Positions 8,830-18,931 of a stretch of 64,000 bases of DNA are shown piece after piece (the stretch's first letter is position 1; each line of letters begins with the position of its first letter). The stretch spans positions 514,172 through 578,171 of the forward strand of contig OY970358.1 in the NCBI GenBank assembly GCA_963718575.1, given 5' to 3'. The stretch comes from an uncultured bacterium. GTDB taxonomy: Bacteria > Patescibacteriota > Minisyncoccia > UBA6257 > 2-01-FULL-56-20. The notes below the pieces were generated by a model, which worked only from the letters and a program-made list of their open reading frames with translations, made no database searches and was not told where the DNA came from. The translations under genes were made by a program, and so were the position numbers.

Positions 8830-10737
8830 CCCCCGCTAAACGCCGCCCAGAATGCGGCTGTTCACGCTCCCCACGCGCCGCTATTAATAGTAGCGGGGGC
8901 CGGGACAGGTAAAACAAAGACCCTGACCAGCCGAATTATCCATCTAATAGACACCGGAACACCTCCGGAGCGGATTTGCGCTATAACCTTTACTAATAAG
9001 GCTGCCAAGGAGATGGCCAAGCGGGTCAATCGGACGGGGCCGTTTTTAGGAACTTTTCATTCTTTGGGAGCAAAAATCCTCCGAAAGGAGTGCCGGCTGG
9101 CAGGCCGCGATCCTAATTTTGCCATTTTTGATGACCACGATTCGTTCGACCTGGTTAAAAAGGCGGTCAAAGCCGTCTTGCCGCCGAAGAAAGACGACGA
9201 GGACGATGGCATTCTGGCGAAGAAAAACAAAAAGGACACGCCGGTTTATTTTGCCAAAAAGATCTCCGAACTGAAAAATCTTGGAAAACTTTTGCCCGAG
9301 GCGCGGCCGAATGTGGATAAGGAGGCGCAGGTCCGGCATGTGTTTGAGAAATACGAAGCCGCGCTCGAACGTAACAACGCGTTCGACTTTGATGATCTTA
9401 TTGAAAAGACGGTGATGATATTGAAGGCGCATCCGGAGGTGTTGAAAAAATATCAGCAGATGTTTGACGCGATCCTCGTGGACGAGTATCAGGACATTAA
9501 TCCAAAGCAATACGAGTTGGTTTCATTGCTCGCGGGTGAGCATCGCAACCTGAGTGTGGTAGGGGATGACGAGCAAACTATTTACAGTTGGCGCTACGCC
9601 GACATCAAAACATTTTTGAATTTTGATAAAGAGTGGAAGGGCGCGAGCGTGCACTTTCTTGAAGAGAATTATCGTTCGACAGGAATCATTATTCGCGCGG
9701 CGGCGGCGGTCGCAAAACACAACCGCTTCCGTACGCCGAAAAATTTATGGACGCAAAATCCGGATGGCGACCCGATCGTTTTGTTTGAAGCGTGGGGCGA
9801 GAACGAAGAAGCGGAATGGATCGCGCAAAAAATTTATGACTTGCGCGCGCGCGACAAGAATACTGACATTGGAATTCTCTACCGAACGAATGCGCAGTCG
9901 CGCGCGATCGAGCAGGCGCTCATCCGCAATAACATTCCCTACCGCATCTTTGGCGGATTGAAATTTTATGAACGGCGCGAAATAAAAGATGCGGTGTCGG
10001 CACTGCGCTATATTTCGAATGCAAAGGACGAGCCGGCGCGCGAACGCTTGGAGAAGAATCTTACCAAGCGGCGCTTTGCTGAATTTAAAAATAAAGTGGC
10101 CGAGTTACAAAATCCGGCGAAGCTAACTCTAGAAAAGATTGCGCCGCTTGCCGCGTTAAAATTATTTTTGGAAACATTCGGCTATTTTGAATATCTTGAG
10201 TCGAACTTTGTGAATTCCGATGAACGCGAGGAGAACATCGCGGAGCTGATCACATTTGCGACTGATTTTACAAGCCTTGATGAGCTTCTTGAGCGATTGA
10301 GTCTGCTCCAGGCCGCAGATGAGATAGGGAACAAGCCAGTTGACGGGCGAGAGGTGAATTTAATGACGGTTCACTTGGCGAAAGGGCTCGAGTTTGATTC
10401 GGTGTTTATTGCCGGCGTTGCGGAAGGATTGTTGCCGCACGGCCGTTCGCTCGACGATGAGAATTCACTAGAGGAAGAACGGCGGCTGATGTACGTCGCA
10501 ATGACGCGCGCGCGGAAAAATTTATATCTTAGTTTTTACGGAACGCCCTCGCGGTTCATCAACGAAATACCGGAGGGTTGCATCACGCTCCTTGAAAGTG
10601 ACGGGTCGACGGACAATAGTATGAGTGGAAATGGGAGTGGCGGAAGCAGTTCGCGGTGGCATTCGCGTGATGCCGGCGAAGATTATGGCGACGACACGAT
10701 GGGCGAAGGCCATGAACGATTCATCTCTCTCGACTAA
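8782..10737 (+). CDS. ATP-dependent DNA helicase, UvrD/PcrA/Rep family
   Basis: Motif I AGAGTGKT, motif II DEYQD, and C-terminal motifs (VHLAKGLEFD, MYVAMTRAR). 651 aa. Confidence 0.9.
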   Translation: MAPKPQTHPTPGKAGQPPLNAAQNAAVHAPHAPLLIVAGAGTGKTKTLTSRIIHLIDTGTPPERICAITFTNKAAKEMAKRVNRTGPFLGTFHSLGAKILRKECRLAGRDPNFAIFDDHDSFDLVKKAVKAVLPPKKDDEDDGILAKKNKKDTPVYFAKKISELKNLGKLLPEARPNVDKEAQVRHVFEKYEAALERNNAFDFDDLIEKTVMILKAHPEVLKKYQQMFDAILVDEYQDINPKQYELVSLLAGEHRNLSVVGDDEQTIYSWRYADIKTFLNFDKEWKGASVHFLEENYRSTGIIIRAAAAVAKHNRFRTPKNLWTQNPDGDPIVLFEAWGENEEAEWIAQKIYDLRARDKNTDIGILYRTNAQSRAIEQALIRNNIPYRIFGGLKFYERREIKDAVSALRYISNAKDEPARERLEKNLTKRRFAEFKNKVAELQNPAKLTLEKIAPLAALKLFLETFGYFEYLESNFVNSDEREENIAELITFATDFTSLDELLERLSLLQAADEIGNKPVDGREVNLMTVHLAKGLEFDSVFIAGVAEGLLPHGRSLDDENSLEEERRLMYVAMTRARKNLYLSFYGTPSRFINEIPEGCITLLESDGSTDNSMSGNGSGGSSSRWHSRDAGEDYGDDTMGEGHERFISLD

Positions 10738-10758
10738 ATTATTTTTACTCTTATACAT

Positions 10759-11631
10759 ATGCAAAAACTTGGACAACATTTTTTAAAGAACACGGCGGTC
10801 TTGGAAAAGATCGTGGCCGCACTCGCACTTACGGACGGCGATCGCGTGATAGAGATCGGCCCCGGGCATGGGGAGCTCACGATCCCGCTCGTCGCAACGG
10901 CGAGAAAAAATAGCGGCGCGGTTGTCTGCATCGAAAAGGATCGCTCGCTCGTACCGGCACTCACCGAGCTGAGCGAAAAAGAAGGAGGGGGAATTCTCTC
11001 TATAATAGAGGGCGATGCACTTAAGTTGTTGCCGGAAGTCGCTGGGCGATTTGCCGCGACGGAGGCGTCTCATACAGCAGGTGCAGGGGATTTGTCACAC
11101 TATAAGATCGTTGGAAATATTCCCTACTACATAACCGGAAAACTGTTGCGTGTTATAAGCGAGCTTGAGCACAAACCCACGCGCACAGTGCTCCTTATTC
11201 AAAAAGAGGTTGCGGAACGGATCTGTGCCGCACCGCCCGACATGAACCGGCTCGCCGCGAGCGTGCAATTCTGGGCGGACGCCCGGATTGTGGCTCAGGT
11301 GCCACGCCACGATTTTTCTCCGCCGCCGGAAGTAGATTCTGCGGTGGTCGTGCTTGAGTCCAAGAGCACCGCGCAAAAATCTGAGGTACGCGGTGCGCAC
11401 ACTACTACATCCATCGACTCGGCGCTCTATTATTATAGAGCGGTGCGCGCCATTTTTGCCCAGCCACGCAAGACATTATTGAACAATCTTTCGGCATCGA
11501 CCGGCGGCACGATGACAAAGGGCATTATTATAGAGGAACTTAAAAAACTCGGCATCGATTCCGCCTCACGACCGCAAGATCTTGGCATCAAGCAGATCGT
11601 GGCGATCGCACAGGCGCATTTATGGGGATAA
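10759..11631 (+). CDS. rsmA: 16S rRNA (adenine1518/1519-N6)-dimethyltransferase
   Basis: LGQHFL...VIEIGPGHGELT SAM-binding motif of the KsgA/Dim1 family. 290 aa. Confidence 0.88.
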   Translation: MQKLGQHFLKNTAVLEKIVAALALTDGDRVIEIGPGHGELTIPLVATARKNSGAVVCIEKDRSLVPALTELSEKEGGGILSIIEGDALKLLPEVAGRFAATEASHTAGAGDLSHYKIVGNIPYYITGKLLRVISELEHKPTRTVLLIQKEVAERICAAPPDMNRLAASVQFWADARIVAQVPRHDFSPPPEVDSAVVVLESKSTAQKSEVRGAHTTTSIDSALYYYRAVRAIFAQPRKTLLNNLSASTGGTMTKGIIIEELKKLGIDSASRPQDLGIKQIVAIAQAHLWG

Positions 11632-11674
11632 CCCGAATAGCACGCAATTTCTTTTGGAGTTATAATTTGAATTA

Positions 11675-14041
11675 ATGATAGATGTCAAGAAGCTGATCAC
11701 AGGATTCCTTATTTTAGCTACCGCTGCGGTCTGCTCCGGACTCATCTTCGCTTTTACGAACTTTACGCCGAGCACGGCGGCGAACACTGCTAGCGCGGAC
11801 GGGATCACGATCAACGGTGTGGCACCCACAAATAGCGGGAGTGCTTTTATCCCAACCGAAGCTCAAGTCCAAGAGGTTGCCGCCGCGCTTGCGCCAGATC
11901 TCGCGTCCTCAACCATGCTCGTGAGCTCCACCGACCCAAACAATCTCACCGATCAGCTCGCGACGGATTTTGTGAACGGCGTCGTGGCCGCAAATCCGAA
12001 TGGTCCGACTGGCACCGACACAAACGGCAACCCAACCTTCAATCCTCCGGATGTAACAGCACTCGCTGCGAGTATCGCCGACACTACGAGCACCCAGGAT
12101 CTTCCGATTCCTGACTGGGATGTTGAAGCTGAATCCGTACCGATAGCCATTATTGCCACTTCCAGTGGTGCGGCATTGATGAACTATGGGAATGCCCTGA
12201 ACGACATTATGAACAGTCATCTTGATACCAATGCACAGGTGCAAAGTATCGTAGGCGACACGAGCGGCAGTGCCGACGCAAGCGATCTCTCTTTTGTTGG
12301 GGCACAAGTAGAAAGCGCGCTTCAGGATGCTTCCGCATTACAAGTTCCCACACCAGCAGTGGCTTATCAAAAAAGCTTGATAACCGACCTTGTGTATGAA
12401 AAGAATTTGATCCAACTTAACACCCTCGCGCAAACCGATCCAGTAAAAGCGTCTCTTCTTTTTCAACAAGAAGACAATAGGTTCTACGCGGTGCAAACAA
12501 ATTTTCTTGATCAGGCACAAAGCCTCACAAGCAAAACCCTTTCACTTCAAAAGCCTGCGCCGAATATCAGTGGTATGATATTATCATTCATTAATAACAC
12601 CTTTAGCATCTCTCAAGCCAATGCCCAGCTTGTAGTTGATGAACCCGTTTTGGATGCCATAACAATTCCCTATGATAACGCGAATCAAACACTCGATCTG
12701 ACTTCTCACGCCCAACAAGTAGCATCGAGCGCATCATTATTTTCACTCATCTCTTCCATTCATGTGCAAAACCTGGGACAAAGACTCGAAGCACTTCTTC
12801 AAAATACCTTATTACAGATCCTCAAGAATACGCTTGTCGCAATCATCCAACGCGAAGTGCTTACGTGGATACAAGGGAGCGGAGCTCCACGGTTCATCAC
12901 AAACTGGGGAACCCAATTAGTGAATGCTGCCCAAGCGAGTGCACTTAACAGTATTAATACTCTGTTTGATCAGAATGGTTGTACATTCCCTGCTTTTATA
13001 GGACAGGAAAAAATTACTTTAAATGCATTCTATAAGCCCGGAAGTAATGTCTGCGCAAACCAATTCGCGGCAGCGCTCGGAGCAAACAGCTTTCAGCAAT
13101 TCTATAACAATTTCGCAAATGGCGGATTCATCGCATTTGGAGCCAGCACCCTTCCAAGCGGCAATTCATATGGAAACCTTTTTTTCAACGCACAAACCGT
13201 TGCTTTTTCTTATAAAAATCAGCAAGGAGCCAGCCAGCTAAAAGCCCAATCTTCTAATGGACTTACCGGTAATCAGGTGTGTAGCGATGGGAGCGATCCA
13301 AATGGAACGCACGTTGAGTGTGAAAGCAACACCGCGAACGACTACGTACAACCTGCGGCTGGTTTTTGTTCCCAAGGCTACACTGCAGTCGTAGAGGATA
13401 ATAACGGTCTCTGTGCAAACGGCAATCAACCGCAAGTTACCACGCCTGCCGCAGCCACCGGATTTGTTCTCGGATCTGCCATTGATGCAACGCCAAAACA
13501 ACTTTCTGCGGCAAACGATATTGTCGGCGTCTTGAATGCGGTGCTTAATTCTCTCTTAACGGGCCTCGCAAGTACTGCGGTCAACGCGGCGGGGCAATTA
13601 GTAAATCAGGGGCTTACTTCTCTCAATAGCTCAAACATCACCGCTGGCGCAACCCCGCCTCCTACGAATCTACAAAATCTTGCTAGCACCACGAGTGGTA
13701 CCGCCGGAAATGTCGCCTCCATTCCGCTCGCGTGCAATCCATCATCGCAAACCATTCCTTCCACAACGGCCGGAACTGGTGGGTATACCCCCCAGGAAAC
13801 TTCTAGCACTTCTCCGTCTGCGGCCACCACAAATAGTTCCCCGACCTCAATTTCTGCGACCGGCGGAACCACTGATGTAGATGGTAATCCGCCAACCTAT
13901 TATTGGATTGATTCTAATGGAGTGAGCGGCACCGGGGCGTTCTTCAATGATACTTTCGCCGCTCCAGGGACCTACACCATAACTCTTACCGATTCAGCGA
14001 GCGACACTCCGGCGATCTGTACCGTGACCGTACAACAGTAA
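11675..14041 (+). CDS. large N/Q/T/A-rich secreted or membrane-anchored protein with C-terminal Ig/PKD-like domain (first gene of the T4SS-like cluster)
   Basis: N-terminal hydrophobic anchor or signal (ITGFLILATAAVCSGLIFAF), low-complexity polar body, and a C-terminal beta-sandwich-like segment (PPTYYWIDSNGVSGTGAFFNDTFAAPGTYTITLTDSASD). 788 aa. Confidence 0.55.
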   Translation: MIDVKKLITGFLILATAAVCSGLIFAFTNFTPSTAANTASADGITINGVAPTNSGSAFIPTEAQVQEVAAALAPDLASSTMLVSSTDPNNLTDQLATDFVNGVVAANPNGPTGTDTNGNPTFNPPDVTALAASIADTTSTQDLPIPDWDVEAESVPIAIIATSSGAALMNYGNALNDIMNSHLDTNAQVQSIVGDTSGSADASDLSFVGAQVESALQDASALQVPTPAVAYQKSLITDLVYEKNLIQLNTLAQTDPVKASLLFQQEDNRFYAVQTNFLDQAQSLTSKTLSLQKPAPNISGMILSFINNTFSISQANAQLVVDEPVLDAITIPYDNANQTLDLTSHAQQVASSASLFSLISSIHVQNLGQRLEALLQNTLLQILKNTLVAIIQREVLTWIQGSGAPRFITNWGTQLVNAAQASALNSINTLFDQNGCTFPAFIGQEKITLNAFYKPGSNVCANQFAAALGANSFQQFYNNFANGGFIAFGASTLPSGNSYGNLFFNAQTVAFSYKNQQGASQLKAQSSNGLTGNQVCSDGSDPNGTHVECESNTANDYVQPAAGFCSQGYTAVVEDNNGLCANGNQPQVTTPAAATGFVLGSAIDATPKQLSAANDIVGVLNAVLNSLLTGLASTAVNAAGQLVNQGLTSLNSSNITAGATPPPTNLQNLASTTSGTAGNVASIPLACNPSSQTIPSTTAGTGGYTPQETSSTSPSAATTNSSPTSISATGGTTDVDGNPPTYYWIDSNGVSGTGAFFNDTFAAPGTYTITLTDSASDTPAICTVTVQQ

Positions 14042-14055
14042 TAAGCCCGCGACTT

Positions 14056-16470
14056 ATGTCACCCAAAAACCATTACAAAAAAATATTCGTTATCACGGCA
14101 GCGCTGTTAATCCTTTTTGCGCCAGTCGTGATAACGGTGAACAGCGGGATGACGGCGGGACATGAAATCACGATTGGATTTGGTATTGCGAGAGCGCAGA
14201 CAACCCCAGCAACACCAAATCTATACGACTGCTCTACAAACCCTGTAACGTGCAGTATTTTTTTCCTATCGCTTACCGTTAATGGCTATATGGCGGTTCT
14301 TATTAGTGTTGGAGCATGGCTCGTACGAGTAGGTCTTCAATTCAACGATAATATCTTCAACTCTCCGGGGGTCCAAACAGGGTTTTCCGTTTCTCTTGCG
14401 ATCGCAAATCTTGGATTTGTGCTTGGTATTATTATTATCGCGATCGCCACCATTCTGAGAAACCAGACTTACGGAATAAAACAGCTCCTATGGAAATTGG
14501 TCGTTATGGCGATCCTTGTAAATTTTGGGCTCGTGATTACAGCACCAATCGTTGGTTTTGCGAGTAGTATGAGTAATTATTTTATCAACGCCACGAGTCC
14601 TAATTCGATGAGTATCGCCGGATATGAGGGATATGCAAATACTATGATGCAGGCTTTTGCGCCTCAGCTTTTTATACCAGGTGCGTCGCAGGTGGTCTCG
14701 GCAGGGGCGGCAGAGCAAGCAGCGTGTCTCCCTGCGCCAACTACCCCTGGAGGTGCTGCATTGTGTCTAAAAGCGGCACAAGACGCGACGAATGCCATCC
14801 AACAGGCAGCGACGGGACAGGGGCAGGCGAACGCGCTTACACAACAAGTTATGGCGATGTTCTTTGATTTGATTTTTTCCGCTCTTATTGCTTTTACCTT
14901 TCTTGCCTTGGCGGTTCTTCTTATCATCCGCTATCTTATGCTCGGAGGCCTTCTTATTATCCTCCCTCTTGCATGGCTCACATACGTATTCCCTAAATTC
15001 GATAATAGTTTTAGTAAATGGTGGAATACTTTTATTAGGTGGGTGTTTTTTCCGCCGCTCGCACTCTTCTTTATCTATCTCGCATTCATAGCCGCAACAA
15101 ATACAAATGGCGGCAATGCGATTGGAGTCGCAACAAATACAAATGCTACCCAAGTATATCTTACCCAAGCCACCGGGCTTCCTTCGGGCGCCGCTACGGG
15201 GGTTGAGGGCTCTCTCTACCAAGAGACTGGCCTTAGCGGAATCCTTCAGCAAGCTGCCGACGAAATTTTACTCATTGGTTTGACTATTATGGGACTTATG
15301 TTTGCAAGTTCTCTCGCAGGAAAGGCAGGGGCTGTGGCGGTTAATATTGGATCGACCGCAAGTAAGGCGGTGGCGGGGTACGCAGGAAGACAGACAAAGA
15401 AGGGCGCGCGCCTTGCTTACCAAAAAGCGGACAAGGCGGTTAAACTCCTTCCTGGTGACAAGGGAATAACTCAACGATTACAGGAGGGTGCTATTCCTGG
15501 TCTAAAATATGTTCCATTCGGGAAACGTGCCACATCACTCGTGGGAGCGGGGATATCAAGTATTGCCACAAACGAGGAGCTTGTAAAAGAATCCCAGAAA
15601 GATGTTCCAAAGACCTGGGATGAGGCGAAGAGTAAGCTCATCGGAGATATGAACACCCAGAAGCAATTTGCCCATATCACTCTTGGCGTTAAAGAGGGAA
15701 GGATCAAGCGGGATGACATGATCAATGGGACACGTGCCGATGAATTTTTGGCCAACGAAGATTTAGTGAAGCGTTATGGTCAAGAAAAATTAGTCTCGGA
15801 TGCAAACAAAATATGGATGGGCGACGCTGACACTCGCAATGCTGAGAAAGCCATTGCCGCGGCAAGAAAGAGCCCCGCAGGAAAAGCTGCTTATGAAGCG
15901 GCGTCGAAATCTGGCAAATCTTTCGATGAAGCTCTTGCTGCCCAAGATGCCGTTGCGGTAGTGAGGCCCACAAAAGATATTAAAGATGAGAATGGAGCTA
16001 TTGTCTTTAAAAAAGGCGTAGAAGCAAAAGCTGTGGATGTTAATGAGGCGGCGATGAAAGCATTCTTTAGTGGGATGGCAAAGACAGACGCTTCAAAGAT
16101 CGATACAAATTCTCTCTTTAGCCCTGCTGTTATGAATATAAAAAATCCTGAGGGGCTAGAGAAAGCACAAAGAGCAATTAAACAAATCGCTAAATATGCG
16201 CCACAAATTGTTCCTAACCTTATAAAGGGGATGAAGGGGCCGACCATACGCTCTTTTAGTAAAGAATATGATGACGCTCTGACCACTCTTATTGAACAGT
16301 ATAAGAATAACGGCGAAGCTAAAAAGGCAAAGGACTATGGGGAGATTCAGGAAATTTTCCAGAGAAGCATCAGGAAGAGTGTTTTTGAGACAGCAGACGT
16401 AGAGAAAGGTGATGGCGGAGGGGGCGATAAAGATGGCGGGAAAGGTGGGGGCGATAAAAAAGATCATTAA
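14056..16470 (+). CDS. VirB6/TrbL-like polytopic membrane protein with long hydrophilic Lys/Ala-rich C-terminal extension
   Basis: About 8 predicted TM helices in the first ~420 aa, with the hydrophobic and aromatic pattern typical of TrbL/VirB6 (inference from topology, no strict motif). About 380-aa charged C-terminal domain ending in a Gly/Asp/Lys-rich tail. Sits immediately upstream of PrgI-like and VirB4 genes, as in Gram-positive T4SS loci. Confidence 0.5.
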   Translation: MSPKNHYKKIFVITAALLILFAPVVITVNSGMTAGHEITIGFGIARAQTTPATPNLYDCSTNPVTCSIFFLSLTVNGYMAVLISVGAWLVRVGLQFNDNIFNSPGVQTGFSVSLAIANLGFVLGIIIIAIATILRNQTYGIKQLLWKLVVMAILVNFGLVITAPIVGFASSMSNYFINATSPNSMSIAGYEGYANTMMQAFAPQLFIPGASQVVSAGAAEQAACLPAPTTPGGAALCLKAAQDATNAIQQAATGQGQANALTQQVMAMFFDLIFSALIAFTFLALAVLLIIRYLMLGGLLIILPLAWLTYVFPKFDNSFSKWWNTFIRWVFFPPLALFFIYLAFIAATNTNGGNAIGVATNTNATQVYLTQATGLPSGAATGVEGSLYQETGLSGILQQAADEILLIGLTIMGLMFASSLAGKAGAVAVNIGSTASKAVAGYAGRQTKKGARLAYQKADKAVKLLPGDKGITQRLQEGAIPGLKYVPFGKRATSLVGAGISSIATNEELVKESQKDVPKTWDEAKSKLIGDMNTQKQFAHITLGVKEGRIKRDDMINGTRADEFLANEDLVKRYGQEKLVSDANKIWMGDADTRNAEKAIAAARKSPAGKAAYEAASKSGKSFDEALAAQDAVAVVRPTKDIKDENGAIVFKKGVEAKAVDVNEAAMKAFFSGMAKTDASKIDTNSLFSPAVMNIKNPEGLEKAQRAIKQIAKYAPQIVPNLIKGMKGPTIRSFSKEYDDALTTLIEQYKNNGEAKKAKDYGEIQEIFQRSIRKSVFETADVEKGDGGGGDKDGGKGGGDKKDH

Positions 16471-16473
16471 TCC

Positions 16474-17637
16474 ATGACTACTATTTCAGTCGATCAAGCA
16501 TTGGAACGATGGGATACACTCCCCAACCCGCTACGGGACGCGATTGTTTCTGACGCCAACTCTGAATTTATTTGGAAGACATGCGGAGATGAACACATCC
16601 CCGAAGAAAGAATCCCTGAAGTCGCGAGGGTAGTGGGATACGTTCTCCTTGGATTCCTACATCCCGAAGATTTAAACCAGGAGATTAAGGAGCGGCTAAA
16701 TGTAGACGCCAAAATCACGACCGCGATTGCGGATGCCTTGAATAAAAGAATTCTTGCGCCCATTCGTGCTGATCTCGATAGGGCTTATTCTCCGCTAAGT
16801 AAATTAGAGACCTCCGCGGCAATATCGGGGAATCAGAAAATTCTCCAAGATATTAGCGCGGGGACGCCGCAAAGCGTGAAGCCCGTACCCACCACGACGC
16901 CATCCAGCCCGTCGCTCTCGTTTAACAAGCCCGTGACCGTCGCCGATGTCGGTTGGTCAAAGCAACCTGCGGCACCAAAAGTGCCAACTCCTGCGCCCAC
17001 CGCGCCAACAATATCCGCAGAACCGGCGCCGATGATGCTTCACGAAGATACGGCCTTCAAGCCAGCGGAGAAGAATGCGAACTTTACCCTACCGCGACAG
17101 GGGACCATTGGCGAGATGAACCTGAATCGCGGGAGTGGCGTGCCGCAACCGGCACAGCGGCCGGCGGTCATCGAGTTCGGACCAAGATTTTCTTCCTCCC
17201 CCGTACCGCCAAAACCACCGACTCCCGGCGCGCCCGCCAAGCCTTACTCGGAATTCAAGCCTTCGCTCGCCGCCGTGCCGACGGCGAATTCCGGTCCGCG
17301 AAACGTGAGCCAGATCACAGCCGCGACCAGCCCGACGGCGAGCGTGAACACCACTCCAGCGATGTCCATCCCAGTGCCGATACCAAAGCCTCCGATGACC
17401 GCGCCAACACCCACCACATCTTCATCCATACCGATCCCGCCTCCGCCACAGATTCCAAGAACTCCGCAGGTGTGGCACATCCCCGCGCAGACACAGGCTC
17501 CCGCGCCGATGCCAACCACGCCATCACCACTAGCATCAGCCAAACCGCAAACGCCGTCGATACCGACACCGCCAAAGCCACCGACTCCCGGCGCGGCAAC
17601 AGCCCCAGTCGCGCCGATCCAAAAAGATTTTCTCTAG
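16474..17637 (+). CDS. proline/threonine-rich protein with globular N-terminal domain (T4SS-cluster member)
   Basis: About 110-aa N-terminal domain followed by about 270 aa of P/T/A-rich sequence, with an internal repeat PPKPPTPGA(P/A) occurring twice. No TM segment. Confidence 0.5.
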   Translation: MTTISVDQALERWDTLPNPLRDAIVSDANSEFIWKTCGDEHIPEERIPEVARVVGYVLLGFLHPEDLNQEIKERLNVDAKITTAIADALNKRILAPIRADLDRAYSPLSKLETSAAISGNQKILQDISAGTPQSVKPVPTTTPSSPSLSFNKPVTVADVGWSKQPAAPKVPTPAPTAPTISAEPAPMMLHEDTAFKPAEKNANFTLPRQGTIGEMNLNRGSGVPQPAQRPAVIEFGPRFSSSPVPPKPPTPGAPAKPYSEFKPSLAAVPTANSGPRNVSQITAATSPTASVNTTPAMSIPVPIPKPPMTAPTPTTSSSIPIPPPPQIPRTPQVWHIPAQTQAPAPMPTTPSPLASAKPQTPSIPTPPKPPTPGAATAPVAPIQKDFL

Positions 17638-17685
17638 CGTTAGCGCCGGTGGTAAATCCCGCGCGCGGGATTTACAATAGAATCT

Positions 17686-18201
17686 ATGCAGTATCAGGTT
17701 CCACAATTCATCGAAACCGAGGATAAGGTCGTCGGACCGTTCTCAATTAAACAATTCGCGTACGTTGGCGCCGCGGCGGTTATTAGCGGCATCTGCTATT
17801 TCATCTTACAGACGTGGTTGTTTGCCATCGTGGCGCTCATCCTCGTCGGCGGCGCGCTCGCGCTCTCGTTCGTAAAAGTAAACGGCCGGCCGCTTATGAA
17901 GGTGGGGCTCGCCGCGTTCAACTATTATTGGAAGCCCCAGATGTATGTTTGGAAATCCGAACACCCGGCGCCCGCGCAACATGCCGCGCCTGCGGTGGTG
18001 CGTGAACTGCCGCCCGTTACTGCGGTCGCATCCGGAAGTGCGCTCCATAAAAGCTGGGAAAACCTGCAGACCGGGACGCCGCCGGCTGGCAAGGTGCAAT
18101 CCGCACGGCAATTTGTTGAAAAGAAGATGGCCGAGCGCTATCAGATATTCCAACGGGAGAGCGGGGAGCGGGAGGCGGCGCGCCGCGTGGATTATCGCTA
18201 G
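17686..18201 (+). CDS. PrgI-family (VirB3-like) T4SS membrane protein
   Basis: The N-terminus (YQVPQFIETEDKVVGPFSIKQFAYVGAAAVISGICYFIL) matches the PrgI-family pattern (Y.VP...K..GPF..RQ then a TM hairpin). Two TM helices. Lies directly upstream of VirB4, as for PrgI/PrgJ and VirB3/VirB4. Confidence 0.55.
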   Translation: MQYQVPQFIETEDKVVGPFSIKQFAYVGAAAVISGICYFILQTWLFAIVALILVGGALALSFVKVNGRPLMKVGLAAFNYYWKPQMYVWKSEHPAPAQHAAPAVVRELPPVTAVASGSALHKSWENLQTGTPPAGKVQSARQFVEKKMAERYQIFQRESGEREAARRVDYR

Positions 18202-18215
18202 GATTTGTCCACAAT

Positions 18216-18923
18216 TTGTGCGAAAATAAGAGCATGGCAGCCCCTTCAAAGCAGGATGCGGGAAATTCCCTGGATCTTGTCGATATTAAAGAGATTAAAC
18301 AAAGCACCGTCATTGTTAAGGACGGCAGTCTTCGCCAGGTCATCATGGTGGGCGGCGTCAACTTTTCGTTGAAGTCGGAGATGGAGCAGAATATCATCAC
18401 GCAGGGATACCAGACTTTCTTGAACGGGATCGATTTCCCATTGCAGATCCTTATCCACTCGCGCAAGGTGAATATCGATAAATATATCGAGACGCTTACG
18501 CAAAGAAAGGACGTCGAGCAGTCGCCGATCCTGCAAAATCAGATCGATGAGTACAGTAAGTTCGTCCAAGGATTCGTGGAGAAGAACGCGATTATGGAAA
18601 AGGTGTTTTTGGTGGTCGTCTCGTTCTATTCCGCGACGGCGCTCCCCGGCGCGCAAAGCGTTTCCGGGGTGATGTCGTTCTTTGGCGGAAAGAAAAAACC
18701 CCCGGCGGCGGAAGTGGCACAGCGCGCCGAAGAATCGGAAAAGATGTTCAGCGAGAACCTTGCGCAGCTCGGCCAGCGCACGGCGCAAGTGACGAGCGGA
18801 CTTTTGAATATCGGCCTTGAAGCTACGGTATTGGACGACGAACAGCTCGTTGAGCTCTTCTATAACTTCTACAACCCGCAGACGATCGAACGGAAAACCG
18901 CGCCCGCGCCGCGGGAATCATAA
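18216..18923 (+). CDS. VirB4-family ATPase, N-terminal domain fragment (separate ORF, different frame from the ATPase core)
   Basis: The N-terminal region (VDIKEIKQSTVIVKDGSLRQVIMVGGVNFSLKSEMEQNI...) resembles the VirB4/TraC N-terminal domain. Its stop lies 8 nt before the next ORF, whose frame is open upstream. Combined length 235+578 aa is about that of full-length VirB4. Confidence 0.55.
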   Translation: MCENKSMAAPSKQDAGNSLDLVDIKEIKQSTVIVKDGSLRQVIMVGGVNFSLKSEMEQNIITQGYQTFLNGIDFPLQILIHSRKVNIDKYIETLTQRKDVEQSPILQNQIDEYSKFVQGFVEKNAIMEKVFLVVVSFYSATALPGAQSVSGVMSFFGGKKKPPAAEVAQRAEESEKMFSENLAQLGQRTAQVTSGLLNIGLEATVLDDEQLVELFYNFYNPQTIERKTAPAPRES

Positions 18924-18931
18924 TCATATCC

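Noticed and set aside
14767-15252. Cys-rich 161-aa ORF antisense within the VirB6-like gene
   Set aside because: Shadow ORF. Its Cys richness derives from the reverse complement of Ala/Gly codons.
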